This document shows positions 11,237-34,348 of a stretch of 64,000 bases of DNA, in pieces. This DNA is from Tubiluchus corallicola (Eukaryota > Animalia > Priapulida). The DNA lies in contig JAQGDQ010000681.1 of the NCBI GenBank assembly GCA_030141605.1, positions 49,539 to 113,538 of the forward strand, written 5' to 3'. The notes beneath the pieces are model-generated. The model made no database searches, was not told the origin of the DNA, and worked only from the letters and a program-made list of their open reading frames with translations. Both the position numbers and the translations under genes were made by a program. The stretch's first letter is position 1. The number at the start of each line of letters is the position of its first letter.

Positions 11237-14200
11237 GTATGTTTACAGTTTTTATAGTACCTTACATCACGTCGCGTTCTGACGATTTCAGTATTAAATT
11301 TTGTATTATTAAAGTTTGAACTTTTTTATAAAACAGTGTTGCACCCGATAACGATGATCATACAAATGCTAAATTAATTAAATTTGAAAGCAAACTCCTC
11401 GATAATGTGTGCACTTTCATATTCGTCTGAAGGGCGCATTTTATAACATACCACAGGGAGTTACTGAAAGCAGCTTTCATATAAGTGCCACATAACGAAC
11501 AGGTACAAGATATTACACAACAAGCAGTTGCGCAACCTGCTTGAATTGAAGAGCTATGTAATTAATAATGGCCACGTAGAAACTAAGTTAATAAAAAATA
11601 ATAATGTTTCTAATACACCACAAGTAATTGTTTAATCTGCTCATTACATAATAAGCAAGAGCTGTGCAAATACATGTAATTAATAATGACCACGTAGAAA
11701 CTAGGTTAATAGTGTTTCTAATACACCACAAGTAATTGTTTAATCTGCTTATTACATAACAAGCAAGCGTTATGCACATACATGTAATTAATAATGACCA
11801 CGTAGAAACTTGGTTAATAGTTTTTCTAATACACTACAAGTAATTGTTTGATCCACTCGATACATAACCAACCATAAATTCACAATAAAGATTGACGGGA
11901 CTGAACTATCGGCCTAGGGAGTCTTAAAGCATTGATACGCCGCTGATTATAGATGTGGACTACAGGTAGCTTTCTAAACTCTGTGGACTTCATAAAGGAA
12001 AACTGTATGATTGTTTAGACTCGATCTCATTTTAATTTACTCTACAAAATTTACGCTTTTTGCATATGAAAGTTAGCAAATGTTTCTTATATTTGAACAA
12101 TTAGCTTAGAAAGCTAGTTAACGGCAACTAAATGCAGCTATTGCTTACGTCAGAAACTAACCACAGTTTGTGCAATTTCTGGCATCTTCCCTTGCGCATC
12201 AAGCACGTTTGCGTAAGTGTTACTGTTTAAACGCATGATGTCATTACACTAGGCTCTACATCATATGACGTTAGAAACTAACACTGCAGTTCATGATCAT
12301 GGTTATCACGGTACCGCCTTCTATTTGTCGGACACGTGAATGTGTAGTTTTCAATATTATAGAGCATTCTTTGTCGAAACTAGTGTTTGCGCAATCATCC
12401 GGTTTTGTTTTAAGCTTTGAAGATTACTCCAAAACCTGTAAAATTATGCTTCATTACAGTTGTGTGTGGGCAAGGCTGGTGTATGTATAGCAGTGCTGAA
12501 AGTAAGGACGGACGTAAGCAAGAACTGGATGATGAGATTCTCAAATACGAGAACAACACCGATTCTGGTACGTACTGGGGCAAGCATTTGTACCTGAACT
12601 GCAAAACATTGCATTTCATATCGAGATAACCACACAGCAAGTGGTGCATCGTGTTCCAGGCGTGCCACCAGATGTCGCATCAGTCATTTCAATATGGCAT
12701 GTAGACCGAGTGTAATGGGTGACGTCAGAACAATGGCTTTGCGTCAGCAGTTTTCCAAGTGAAAATTGCCAAAAATAGAACATCTAATTAATTCCTCACT
12801 ACTACTCTTGGTGGATGTGTACTAAAATATAGCCCACATCATCGTGCAGCCCTGTTCCTCTTTCTAAAGAGCTATATATCTTTTTCCGAGAATCCCACCA
12901 GGCGCCGCTAGAACGTTTTTTCTATAGGCTGTTTGACCAAAATTTCCAAAAAAATCCGGAGTTTCAAGCTGAAAAGTCAAATCGACTTCGGCCACATTTT
13001 CCGGGCATAATTCTGAATAAAATAAACTGATATTCTGACAGCGTACTGGTGGCGACGCCTGTCAACCAAATCGCAAAACTTTGCCAGAATATGACACGGC
13101 TAATAAGTCGAACAAGCGTCAAGAAGAATGCTGCTTGTTAAACCACCTTCAAAACTTACTGCAAAACGGGCCATACCATTGATATTTTGAAGGAATTTTC
13201 CGAACAGGTTATGCCTCCAATGTGCTCAAATTCTATTTCCTTGTATTCAGATTGCGTCAAAATCACATTTAAACGTAACTTTTACGACATCGGCGGGTTA
13301 GACTCAATTTGAGAAGTGAGAGAATGCGACCTTCTACGCAAATTTTTATGACGCTCCGGAGGGCCATATGGCTGGTTTACTGGCAAGTGGAAAACAATGC
13401 AGCCACATGCGTCACGTTATCTCGATATGTATCTATCTTGCTTGAACAATTGTATTGGCAAGCGTTTGTACCTGAACTGCAAAACATTGGATTTATCTAC
13501 CTTGCTTGAACAATTGTATTGGCAAGCGTTTGTACCTGAACTGCAAAACATTGGATTTATCTACCTTGCTTGAACAATTGTATTGGCAAGCGTTTGTACC
13601 TGAACTGCAAAACATTGCATTTATCTATCTTGCTTGAACAATTGTATTGGCAAGCGTTTGTACCTGAACTGCAAAACATTGCATTTATCTTTCTTGCTTG
13701 AACAATTGTATTGGCAAGCATTTGTACCTGAACTGCAAAACATTGCATTTATCTGTCTTGCTTGAACAATTGTATTGGCAAGCGTTTGTACCTGAACTGC
13801 AAAACATTGCATTTATCTTTCTTGCTTGAACAATTGTATTGGCAAGCGTTTGTACCTGAACTGCAAAACATTGCATTTATCTTTCTTGCTTGAACAATTG
13901 TATTGGCAAGCATTTGTACCTGAACTGCAAAACATTGCATTTATCTGTCTTGCTTGAACAATTGTGTTAAGGAGAGCCGACGTTTAAACATGTACAGGGG
14001 AAAATGTAGTTATATTACTTAGCATTAAGTTTACTTACTTGATAGGTCTGTAACTAGGAAACAAAATGTCTAGTACAGTAAGACCTCGCTTAACGATGTT
14101 AATGCATTTCAGCAAAACGCATTAACGACGCTTACCACAGCAAAACGTCATTAAACAAAACTTCCATAGAAGTAATGTAAGAGAGCTGAGATTCATTCCA

Positions 14201-17200
14201 GAGGTAAAAATCAATGCTGCTTAAATCGTACAAATTAAACGTTTTATGAGTTTTTTATTGTTTCTACTGATTAATTTGTTTCTGCTCGCTTGAAACCACG
14301 TATCAGAAATGCATTGCACAGTGGCGACTCATGTATACATACTGCGGTACTGCAGCACCCCCTGTTTTCACTCATTATTGTCGATTATATTCAATATAAT
14401 AAGCCTTTTTCTTTAGCTCTTTCTTTATACTTGTACGGAACCCATGTGTATAGGTACCAATAAACAAAATAAGTAAAATACACCACGCAAATCAGCATTT
14501 TTCCCTTCAAAGTGTGAACTTGCCTTAATTAACATCAAGCATCATGCAATCTGAAATGCAGGTAAAAGTATTATTATTATTTATTATTATAATTTTTTAT
14601 TTTTAAAAACTATGTACAGAATACATGTATTTTGTATTTGTATCTGTATCTATCATTATCTGTATTTTTTTTAAAAAAACGAAGTAAAAAAGTTCGTGTA
14701 AGAGCTTGTTGGGGTTTAGCGAAAAATTTAAAAAGAAAATTAGAAATCAGTATACAGTGACTTTCGCGACATCCTGTATTAAGTACAGTATCTTCACTCC
14801 TCCCACCCAACAGAAATCAAGACTATGTGGTTATCTGTATTTTAAATAATAATTACTAGAGGAGCAAAAGCGCCTCCTTGTGGAACTCCTGATTAGCTCA
14901 CACAAAGTCAATTTTATTATTATTATTATTATTATTATTATAATTCTTTGTTTTTAAAAACTATGTACGGAATACATTCTCTCGATTTGTAGGGATATGT
15001 TTAAAATTTCTAAAAGCATTTACAACGTAAATATTCAACAAGTTGAACGATGACGATCTTATACAATAGACATAGTTACAAATTGTAATCCAACACCACA
15101 TACATACATAATAAAAGATAACAAACATGTTTTAATACTTAGTAACAAAAATTTACACACATTATGCACAATGAAAAACAGCGAGTAATCATAAATAAAA
15201 ACAAAACAGCATATAGCAAACACGACGAGAGTTGTAAAATTTTATCACCAACAGACTGGTTATATACGGGCGAAAGATGACAGGAATTCATCCGAGATAA
15301 GATTTCCATGAGAAAGTTCCAGTTAAGAAAATAATCCATTCTACACCTTCAAATATGACTGCAACATTTAAATTACACATGTTTGTTACATTTTACACAG
15401 TGTTTAAACAATGGCTAAACATGTTCTGAAGCAGCACCCCCACTAATCTTAGTTACGAACCGCCACTAGACACAATGATAGATTCAGATTTTAATCTGAA
15501 ATTTAAAGTCTTTATAGTTTAATAGTTTGATATATCTTAATAGTTTCTTCTTTACCAACCGCCCTATAACATCACGTCAGTGTAACAACGCATATATTTC
15601 TATGTACAAAAATATAGACTCAATTATAGCGAGTTATCTGAGTCAACTGCCAATAGTTTTTATATACTGTTACCCGTGGCCATCTCGTCACGCTGTCTAT
15701 AACCGTAGTCGTTACGCAATTTCCTATTATAATATAAGATATAACTCTATGTTGTTTCAACCTTGCTATTTGTCAGGACAGTGCACAAAAAAGGTGGTGT
15801 ACCTCTCACTTCAGAGGTACTGTGGAGAGCCTCGTTGAAGCACGCGTACTTTCATAACTACTAATTGAGATTAGTTGACGCTATTACTCACTCATTGTTT
15901 CAGACATTGATTACCACCATTACGGGTTGTTCGGAGTCGCCATGTACGTATTACTGTTTATTTTCGGAGGAATCGCCGTAATTTGGGCGTTCGTTTCCGC
16001 GACGTTTGCTCTGATCAACATCGTCACGAAGCCAATAGAAACGATAAACGGACCTCTGGGATTGTTTGCCTGGAACGGATTGGGGCGTAAGTAAAATTAA
16101 ACAGATTTACGCTACTGTAACTCCTCGCTAAACAATGCCTGCGTGTCCCAGAAAAACGCGATTGAGCGAAACATCATTAAAGGAAGCCAATACATTCCAT
16201 CGAAAGTAATGTAAAAGAATTGAGATACATTCCAGAGGTATAAATTAATGCCGCTTAAATCATATAAATTAAAGGTTTTATGAGTTTTACTCATGTTTCT
16301 ACTGATTAATTTCTTTCTGCATTCTAACAAAATGAGACGTTAAGCGAAACGTCGTCAAACGAAGCCAAGACTTCCATAGAAAGTAATGTAAAAGAATTGA
16401 GACACGTTCTAGAGACATAAATTAGTGCTGCTTAAATCACTCAAGATTTTATGAGTTTTACTCATGTTTCTGCTGACTAATTTCTTCCTGCTTGGTTAAA
16501 AGCACCTGTATATCATCAGCTAGCAGCAGGGATGAGAATTTTCCGCGGATACACGGAATTCCGAGTTTTTGGAAGACCAGTAGTGCCATTTTTGTAAATC
16601 GCGTAAATTCGTTGAGAAAATTTTTACGGACCCAGTACATTATTTCACAAGCTGACCGCTAGTTGGCAGGCCGTCACTTTGTTTACATCACATACATCAG
16701 TGTAACCACGTGTATATCTCTATGTATAAAAATATAGAATCAATTGTGTGGAGTTATTTGAGTCAATTGCAGACAGTTTTTGTATTCTTTTGCATAGGAG
16801 CGTCCAGTACTTAGGCATTTTTGAGACAATTAGGTATCATGTATCCTTGATAGTTGGGTATTTTAAATTATGCATGAAACATGCTAACTGATATTTTAAG
16901 GACACTTAGATACTCTCTAGGGTCACAAAATTGCACCAAAACCCCCGACCTGTTTCAGAGTTTTTTGCAATTTGTCATTCTCATCCCTGTAGCATTTAGT
17001 GGTCAGTCGGGAAGCAAAAACGTATATTTTTATAACAATTGCACTGTTTATGCTATTAACGCATTTTTAGAACAGAATAACGCATGCACCATTTTAATAC
17101 ATCAAATTAGGTAAAAAGGTTGTTGACAAAATAAAAATTAATTCACAATTTTATTAAAATTTTTAACTTACGTAGTTAAAAAATCATGCCAAAAGTTTCG

Positions 17201-17594
17201 GCAGAGCTACTGCTATCATCAGTGGTGACAACGGAAGTATGACTGTATTTCCTATTTTAATAAATTTGAATTTTTCTGAATTTGTGCTCTTTGATTGTAA
17301 TAACTAACGTCTTTTGTTCTTTCAGTTTTCTTTACCGTGGCCTCACTGTTTATGTACGTGGGGATCTTCACCAAAGATTTAAAGAACGGATTTTTGCCCA
17401 GCGAGTACGACCGGTTTCGCATAGAGACCTGCACCGTCAGCTGGTCATTCTACATCATGATCGGCGCCGTTGCGTGTTTTGCCGTCAACATCGTGCTCGT
17501 GTTCCTCTCCGGCGTGGATTTTGAACCGATGTGCAGGCGGAAAGGTTCGATATCCGGGCACGAGTACGACAATCCCGACATGATCATGTTTTAA
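10996..17594 (+). CDS. Clarin-family tetraspan protein, 230 aa (exons 10996-11236, 15904-16086, 17326-17594)
   Basis: Four hydrophobic segments; clarin motif INIVTKPIETINGPLGLFAWN; SWSFY before TM4; two phase-1 GT-AG introns; 693-nt open CDS. Confidence 0.88.
12617..13429. mobile_element. Non-autonomous TIR element inserted into a 64-bp satellite unit
   Basis: 14-bp TIR CATATCGAGATAAC/GTTATCTCGATATG; the flanks are the two halves of one satellite unit. Confidence 0.75.
13430..13965. repeat. 64-bp minisatellite, ~8 copies
   Basis: Unit tatcttgcttgaacaattgtattggcaagcgtttgtacctgaactgcaaaacattgcatt... Confidence 0.95.
15904..16086 (+). CDS. Clarin-like exon 2
   Basis: ttgtttcag acceptor; KPIETINGPLGLFAWNGLG; gtaagt donor. 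Confidence 0.9.
16527..16989. mobile_element. hAT-like MITE (TIR CAGGGATGAGAAT)
   Basis: TIRs at both ends; flanks tagcag / tagcat. Confidence 0.85.
17326..17594 (+). CDS. Clarin-like exon 3
   Basis: ctaac branch + ttctttcag acceptor; SWSFYIMIGAVACFAVNIVLV; stop TAA. Confidence 0.88.
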
Positions 17595-17778
17595 ATGTTA
17601 GATTTTCTCTTAGACTCTCGCGCGGTATCAGAACTTTGGCTCGGAAGTGGAACAGTTAAGATTAAACGCTGTCCGATTTGACGAGGTTGAAAAGTGCTTG
17701 TTGTCCGAACACCTCACAAGATGCCCTTTTAGCGCACTTGTCACGCGTTTATGTAAACATTTTTTTGGAAAGTAAATA

Positions 17779-18112
17779 CAGTCGACCCTCGTTAAACCGG
17801 ACCCCGTTAGCCAGGATATCGGATAAGACGGACGTCATCCGTGGTAAAGGAAACTGACCGATTTCCGTCCGAGCCGGAGCGCTAAACACAACACGGCCTA
17901 CCAACTGTACAATAATTTCTTTATCCTCACAGGTTAACTATTTTAGAGTAATATATAGTATAGTATATAGTGCAATGTATATTGGCCTTATTAAGGTGAT
18001 TATTCCTGTATAATATAGACCATACATAGGCATATCGGATAAATCGGACAATCGGCTAAACCGGACACACCCCCCCCCCCCCCAATTAGTCCGGTTTAAC
18101 GAGGGTTGACTG
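17779..18112. mobile_element. Tc1/mariner (pogo/Tigger-like) MITE
   Basis: TIR CAGTCGACCCTCGTTAAACCGGAC, TA flanks. Confidence 0.88.
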
Positions 18113-18847
18113 TATGTGTGAACCCACCAACACCTAAGACAGTATATTAACTCCTTCAGGATCGCACCGTTTGAAATAAGTCTTAAAAGCACTGCTACTG
18201 TATGACTTCTGCTACTATATGGGCACAGACATAACTAAATGATCACAAATTGTGCACTATTCTATTCAGTGAAATCTTGGCTATCCAATTATACACTTTG
18301 TTTAGACATTTATAAATGATTTAATAGGACAAAATTAAGGACAACTCGCCCTTTCCGGGCTCTCCAACGTAACCTATTGAGTAGCTTAGTCTGGTGTACA
18401 CTTGTGTGATCATGCACACTATTTTATTTACCTCACCCGCTTGCTACATCCCAAGAGAACCGTCTGCTGTACATGATTCCAGGAAAAGCCAACCGAGTAG
18501 CCGTGGAGAAATTAAGGTTGTTTCATCTTTTAACGGAAAATTCTCTTTAAAAATAGAGTAGACTTAAGGCAACTTTTAATGGAAATTTCTCGTTAAAAAT
18601 GGAGTAAACTTAAGACAAAAGTGTATCGAAGTGTCGTGCAGTGCACTGCTGCTATTCCAGGAAACACCAACCGATCAGCGAAAGAGAAATTAAAGTGTTT
18701 TCATCTTCTAACAGGAATTTCGCCTTAAAAATAGAGCAGACTTGAGACCAAAGTACATCAGAGTGTTGTGTCTAGAATCTAGAATCTAGACTCTAGATAG
18801 TTGAAACTTTCTGCATTAACCAATTTCACACAAGTGATATTGTACAT

Positions 18848-19263
18848 CAGGGGTGTGCAAATTGCGGCCCGCGGGCCACTTGCGGCCCGGGCGATTAATT
18901 GAGTGTATCCAGCTGAAGTCCGTGCCAGGATCCCAAAGATAGTGTGGGTAGTTTTTCTACTAGGTCGGTTGCAGCTTAATGTCACTGTACTACACAGACT
19001 GTGCGATACGCATTACTAATATGCATTGTATTGAAATTACCACTATCTGTCCTGAAAGTAGAAATATATGGTTTGTAATATAAATTTTAATAACTTCTAA
19101 AATAGTTTCTTGAGTGTAGTAGTAATGATATACGCAGGTCGGATGTAAAAAATCGTTATTAGGCCTTACTGTACTTGGCTCCTTGATCAAACTGCCTGTG
19201 GCCCGCTCGAATTGCGGGAAAGTTTAATGTGGCCCGGCTAGTCAGATAATTTGCACACCCCTG
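18848..19263. mobile_element. hAT (Charlie-like) MITE
   Basis: TIR CAGGGGTGTGCAAATT; GGCCCG subterminal motifs; 8-bp TSD ttgtacat/ctgtacat. Confidence 0.9.
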
Positions 19264-20029
19264 CTGTACATTGTTATAGTGCAAACACTGTAGTTATTGA
19301 AAGCTTTTTTCAATTTCTAAATCAAAAATCAATCTTTAGCGTAAGATGAGCAGTGACTTTCACATGTAATCTTGCACAAAAATCCATTGTGTGAGGAATA
19401 GAAACCTACAAAAATGATCAAATATAACGTAATCGTTGCTTAGCGAGACCGGTTTTTCATGAACCCGTGCAAAATGCAACAAACGCTTATGGTCCTGAAG
19501 GAATTAATTAAACACTCGTTTCCCTATACCAGGAAATAACTCCTACTTTACATTTGCTTGTGAAATGAAGGTAATGACGGTCATGCTGCAGTCAGTCACT
19601 GTTATTGCTCCAATTTCATTTCTGGGACGAATATCCCGAAAAGGGAAACTCGACGTTAAAGATGGGACAAGATAATGGCCACGAATGTCGCAACTTAGAA
19701 CTAACGTACCTTTTCAGTTTAGTAAATTTCCCATCTGTCTACGTCTTGTACCTGTTCTGTTATGCTTCCGAGCCCACGGGTGCCGTTGCGACAAATAGGA
19801 AGATAATTATGTGAACGCGCCTTTACAATCGTTTAAGTGATTTGTGATTACTTTTGCTTGTAAATAAGTTTTTACGACTTTTTACTCTAGTATTTTTATT
19901 ATTCGTACATTCCGTGGAATCAGGTTCATATAAGACTGTAATTATTGCCGTACCTGATCAAAACCTCAAGCATGCCCTTGTTTATCGTTAGCTTCGTTGT
20001 TGCCAAAGATTATGTTTACAGATGGAGCT

Positions 20030-20400
20030 TGGAGACGAGGCGGCTAGTAATGTAAGGCAAGGATTGCTTGGTTGTTGGCATCCTTCTGTCTCGGAAGACA
20101 ATGGCGTGTGCGCCAAGAGAGTCAGCTACTGATCACATCGATGGAGCTGCTGCATCGACTGTGGCTGAGCAGTGTGATCCTTGAACGTCTCCATGGCGCA
20201 CGCCTGGGCAAGGTTTATGGAGAATCTGAGTTGCCCAGACAATAGGAACCCCCTCTCTTCCGCCTTGGTGTAGTCCAAAGGAAAGCAGAGCGATACGTTT
20301 GGCATCAGGTTGGCTGCAGGAGCTGCCGGAGTCAGTGAGCATGCTGCACTGGTCCGCCTTCGGCGCTCCACTCCTGATTTGGAAGCTTTACCCCTCTACA
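20030..20400 (-). mobile_element. Probable RTE-clade LINE 5' region fragment
   Basis: GC-rich island resembling, from recall, RTE 5' UTRs (cagctcctgcagccaa..., ttcctttggactac, tgcccaggc.tgcgcc.tggaga); not database-verified. Confidence 0.45.
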
Positions 20401-21104
20401 CATGGCCGTCGGATTTGTAAACTGATATTTTTAACAAACGTATTTTTCAGCGATTTGTGGTAATGATTGGTTTAAGAAAGTTCATTTGATGTGATTAGTG
20501 TAATTTCGTGAGCACTGCTGTTGATCATAGGGTACTTTATGTGCAATGTAATTTACCTGGGTTTCTATTACGTGGGGCCCGAAGATATTGTCCCTTATAT
20601 CTGGGTACCTTATATACAAAGATTTTTACACAGGAAAAATGTAACAAAAAATCAGTACCGGTGCTTGTGGTCCCTTATAAGCGAGTGTCCCCTTATATAA
20701 GTGAATACCTTATACTCGAGGTTGACTGTATTTCAAATTCATTGCCGCTCTTTTGCTTGAAGAATTAATCTTAATATATTACTGTTGTACATAGTCTGTT
20801 ACTGTGTACTGAGCAAATTCTGGTTGGTACTGATTGGTGATCCGATAACTCTGTGTACTTAGCAAAAAAAGAAGATTAAGTAAACTCGTACTTTGTAAAC
20901 GTTATTGCTCACAGAACTGCTGATATAGCTGCTAGCAAGTGATGTGATATTCTTATCGCCTCGTTTGATTTCCGTAAATTAGTTTACAGTGTGTGACCCC
21001 GTGTTTAGCTTTTTGCCATACAACACAAGTCAATTGTCACTGTTACGTAGGGTTGCCAGAATAGAAAATTAGAAATGTGGGAGACTCTTTATATGTATAT
21101 ATGT

Positions 21105-21765
21105 AGTCCTGTTGATTTTTGTATTTGTGTAGTCCTGTCCTGTTATTTTTTGTATTTGTGTAGTCCTGTTATTTTTTTGTATTTGTGTAGTCCTGTCCTG
21201 TTATTTTTTGTATTTGTGTAGTCCTGTCCTGTTATTTTTTTGTATTTGTGTAGTCCTGTCCTGTTATTTTTTGTATTTGTGTAGTCCTGTCCTGTTAGTT
21301 TTTGTATTTGTGTAGTCCTGTGCTGTTAATTTTTGTATTTGTGTAGTCCTGTTATTTTTTGTATATGTGTAGTCCTGTTGTTTTTTGTATTTTTGTAGTC
21401 CTGTTATTTTTTGTATTTGTTTAGTCTTGTTGTTTTTCGTATTTGTGTGGTCCTGTTATTTTTTGTATGTGTGTAGTCCTGTTGCTTTTTGTATTTGTGT
21501 GGTCCCGTGGTTTTTTGTATTTGTGTAGTCCTGTTGTTTTTTGTATTTTTGTAGTCCTGTTATTTTTTGTATTTGTGTAGTCCTGTTGCTTTTTGTATTT
21601 GTGTGGTCCCGTGGTTTTTAGTATTTGTGTAGTCCTGTTGTTTTTTGTATTTGTGTAGTCCTGTCCTGTTAATTTTTGTATTTGTGTAGTCCTGTTGTTT
21701 TTCGTATTTGTGTAGTCCTGTTAACTTTTGTATTTGTGTAGTCCTGTCCTGTTGTTTTTTGTTAA
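21105..21765. repeat. ~25-32 bp minisatellite (tttttgtatttgtgtagtcctg) next to a hAT-like end TAGGGTTGCCA at ~21048
   Basis: Directly visible tandem array. Confidence 0.9.
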
Positions 21766-22085
21766 ACTGCCAACTACCAGGAAATTATCTGCACAGTTTG
21801 TAGTAATATGTTTTGAAAATGGGAATTTTTTCCACCTTTTTTGCTTGAAATGTTCATTATTTGATCTGCCAAATGTTTCACACAGATAAAACTCGAACGC
21901 CGGCCGTCATTATGTGTACTCTGAACTGGTTAAGTGTATTAAAGCTCGACAATTGTATTTGAATAGACAGTATATCTGCCAGCTAATCTAATCGCTGTCT
22001 CATTCTTATGTTTCGTATGGTTCTATAAATCTATTTATTTTTGTCTTGTAACGCTAAAATGTCATCATTGAATCATGTTTGTTAA

Positions 22086-22622
22086 AGGAAAACCGGATGA
22101 TTGTGTAAACATTAGTTCAGAATGAAGAATGCTCTAAATGTTGAAAACTACAATAGCTTATTTTAAATCAAAGCTTAGATTAAATAATATTTACCTCGGA
22201 TATTCAAATTTCGTTAAACTTTCAAAGCTACGTGTGGCTCAGTGAATCTACTAAGATTGGCAGCCGCGCCTTTTTGTCACATTTGCATGGCGGACAAATA
22301 GAAGGCGGTACCGTGATAACATGAAGTGTATAATTCTGACATCATATGACATAGAGCACACTTTTCGTGACATCATGCGTTTGAACAGTACTGTAACACC
22401 TATGCAAATGTTCTTGACGCGCAAGGTAAAGACGCCAGCCATTGCACAAACTGTGGTTAGTTTCTGACTTGAGCAATAGCTGTGTTTGGTTGCCGTTAAT
22501 TAACTTTCTAAACTATTTACTCAAATATAAGGAACAATTGTTAACTTTTATAGGCAAGAAAATGTATATTTTGGACACTAAATTAAAATGAGATTGAGTC
22601 TAAATAATCGTCCGGTCTTCCT
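22086..22622. mobile_element. Kolobok-like MITE, family 1
   Basis: TTAA flanks; TIR AGGAAAACCGGA; further copies at ~11995-12335, 26315-26698, 44684-45198, 47700-48235. Confidence 0.8.
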
Positions 22623-25068
22623 TTAACGATGATAGATTTTAATTATTAAATTAGTAACTATGACATTCAGTATAATTGTGTTGTGAATTTATGACTGATA
22701 TTGATACAATATTTTACATGTGATTCGTCGTAAAGCACCAAATTTATAATAATGATAAATATTTAAATCTTCTGTAAAGTCGTGATTTTATATTGATTAT
22801 CTTAATGATTACCTCTGTTACTTTGCACCAGCGCCATCTGGTTTGTGAGAGACAAGTTAATGCTGTATAAAATGGAATGCTTGTCAAACGGTGTTTTGAT
22901 TTTTGTGATTCTTATCGTGACTATGAAATCCGTCCAAAACTTCATTAATTCCGATTTTTAATTTTACTGACATGTGATAATCGTTTGTACGGAAGATAAT
23001 TAGATTCCCAGTTTTAGTGTCCCGGTCAAGCGGGCACAAATTTCCAGTTGATCGTGTGACATTGTAGATCAGAACCAATAATCTCTGCCATCCATTTATC
23101 ACATTGATGCCAAATCAATCACAATTTTTGCTCAAAATTCCACGAGCTGATACGTGTTTTAATTGTGGATGTAATTTTATTATATGCATCACGCCATTTT
23201 TGTCGCCAAACTGATCACAATTTTTGCTCAAAATTCCACGAGCCGATCTAGTGGTGGATGTTACATTTCCGTCGATGTGTACTATAATTTATATTTCGAA
23301 ATGTGGCTGTACCTGGTATTTTCTGTTTATGTAATATTGTTGATTATGCATTATGAAATGGGTAAATTTTTACTGTAAATAACCAAAATACATTTGTAAA
23401 CATGAGACAGTTGAAATTGCAAGCCACAATGCATTGTGTGACCAATCAGGTAACCTTACTGGCACGTGAAAGTACTGCATCATGGCAATTAATTATGTAA
23501 ATTGTGTACTTGTACTTTGAATAAACCTGTTTCAATGTAGCACTTCAATTATTTTGATGTCGAAAACATTGTACACCAATAAATTCATACATTGTCATCA
23601 CATTGATCTTTGGCATGTTTTTTTTAAAGTGTCTCGAAAATTGTGATCGTGTTGTATGCATTACTGTTACATATTTGTGTGCTTGCAAACCAAAACCGTG
23701 CATAAGTCGGCATAGATAAAACTATGTTATGATGCTTCAAAGTACAGTGTGCCAAAAATTTGGCCAAATTTCAATTTTTTGTTTTTTTTTATAAAAACAG
23801 ATGCAAAATATATTGGACTTTATATTCTAGCATCAAATTATCAATAAAATGTTCAAAAAATACAAAAAATCTAGTTTTATAACCCCATACCCACTTTTCT
23901 TGCTAGAAACTAGTACTGCAATTGTAAAAAAAATATTTTCAAACTCCAATAGCAGCTCTTGGCAGCTGTCATTTTGCCTCGGGGGGGGGGGGGGTTTCTG
24001 TTGCCAAACCCAGATCTTTACTGGATTTAAACATAACTTAAATATGTTCTAGGAAAGTCGATAGCAACCAACATTTGTGCAGTTGCTAAGTGTTTTGTAG
24101 AGACACGACAAAAAACAATGGCTAACTTTAACAGTGGTTTTCTCAAGATTATGTTTTTCAGTGCATAGCTTATACCTCAGCTTAGAAATAACATAGAGTG
24201 ATGAACTTGGTATCAAAATTTAGATTCAGGATATGTGAATAACTAGAAAGGCTTAATTGCCGACTAATGACTGATTTTGCTATGCAAGCTCAGATTTGTT
24301 CTAGGTGTTGATAGTTTGAATTTTTTGCTCCTCTTATGCTGATGCAGTTTATTAAACACCTCAAATATACATGAAAGGTGTAAAAAGGAATGTAAAGCAT
24401 CAATACTTAGCAAAAGATTTCCCACATTGAAGATAAGACAAACGTATAAAACAGGAATCACTTATATACAATTCTACATTTATTAACTAGGCTAAAATAC
24501 AGTAAAAGAGTTACGCACACGAGGTGCTGTTACATCAAGAACTCTATAAAAAAAATGGTGCTGACAGAAATATGCATTATTAAAGCATATTTTTCTACAC
24601 TAGCATGGTTGTGTCATAAGAAAAGTTGAAAAGCTGCACACCAAGTTCTGTACCATCAAGAAGCTGGTTCTGAAATAAACTTGTCAATTCAAAAACTGCT
24701 TATAAATTTCTAAACTTTTCCAAAAAATCTTGAGCTCAAGGTATTCTCGACGATTAGATATTCACTGGATATCATATTTAGACTGCCAAATGTTAATAAA
24801 TGAACGTTATTTCCCACAAACTCTTGCCAAAACTGATAAAAATTTGAAGCGATTTCCAAAAAACTTCAACTAAGCCTTGATCGACTTGAAAGTTTTAAGT
24901 CGGAAAAATCGAACTGTTAAAATAACGTTTGTTAAAATTAAGATTTTTCGACAAGCCGTCTCCGGTGCACAATAGAGTTAATTTAACGCTTTCACTTCGG
25001 GATTCACAACGCAACACGATAAATGAAGACAAAGAAAATCATCTCCTCTTGACTGGAGGAGCGGCTTC

Positions 25069-34348
<9,280 letters not shown>

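Noticed and set aside
13430-13965. Regular repeats resembling a CRISPR array; four 63-aa ORFs
   Set aside because: Contiguous tandem units with no unique spacers, no cas genes, eukaryotic context
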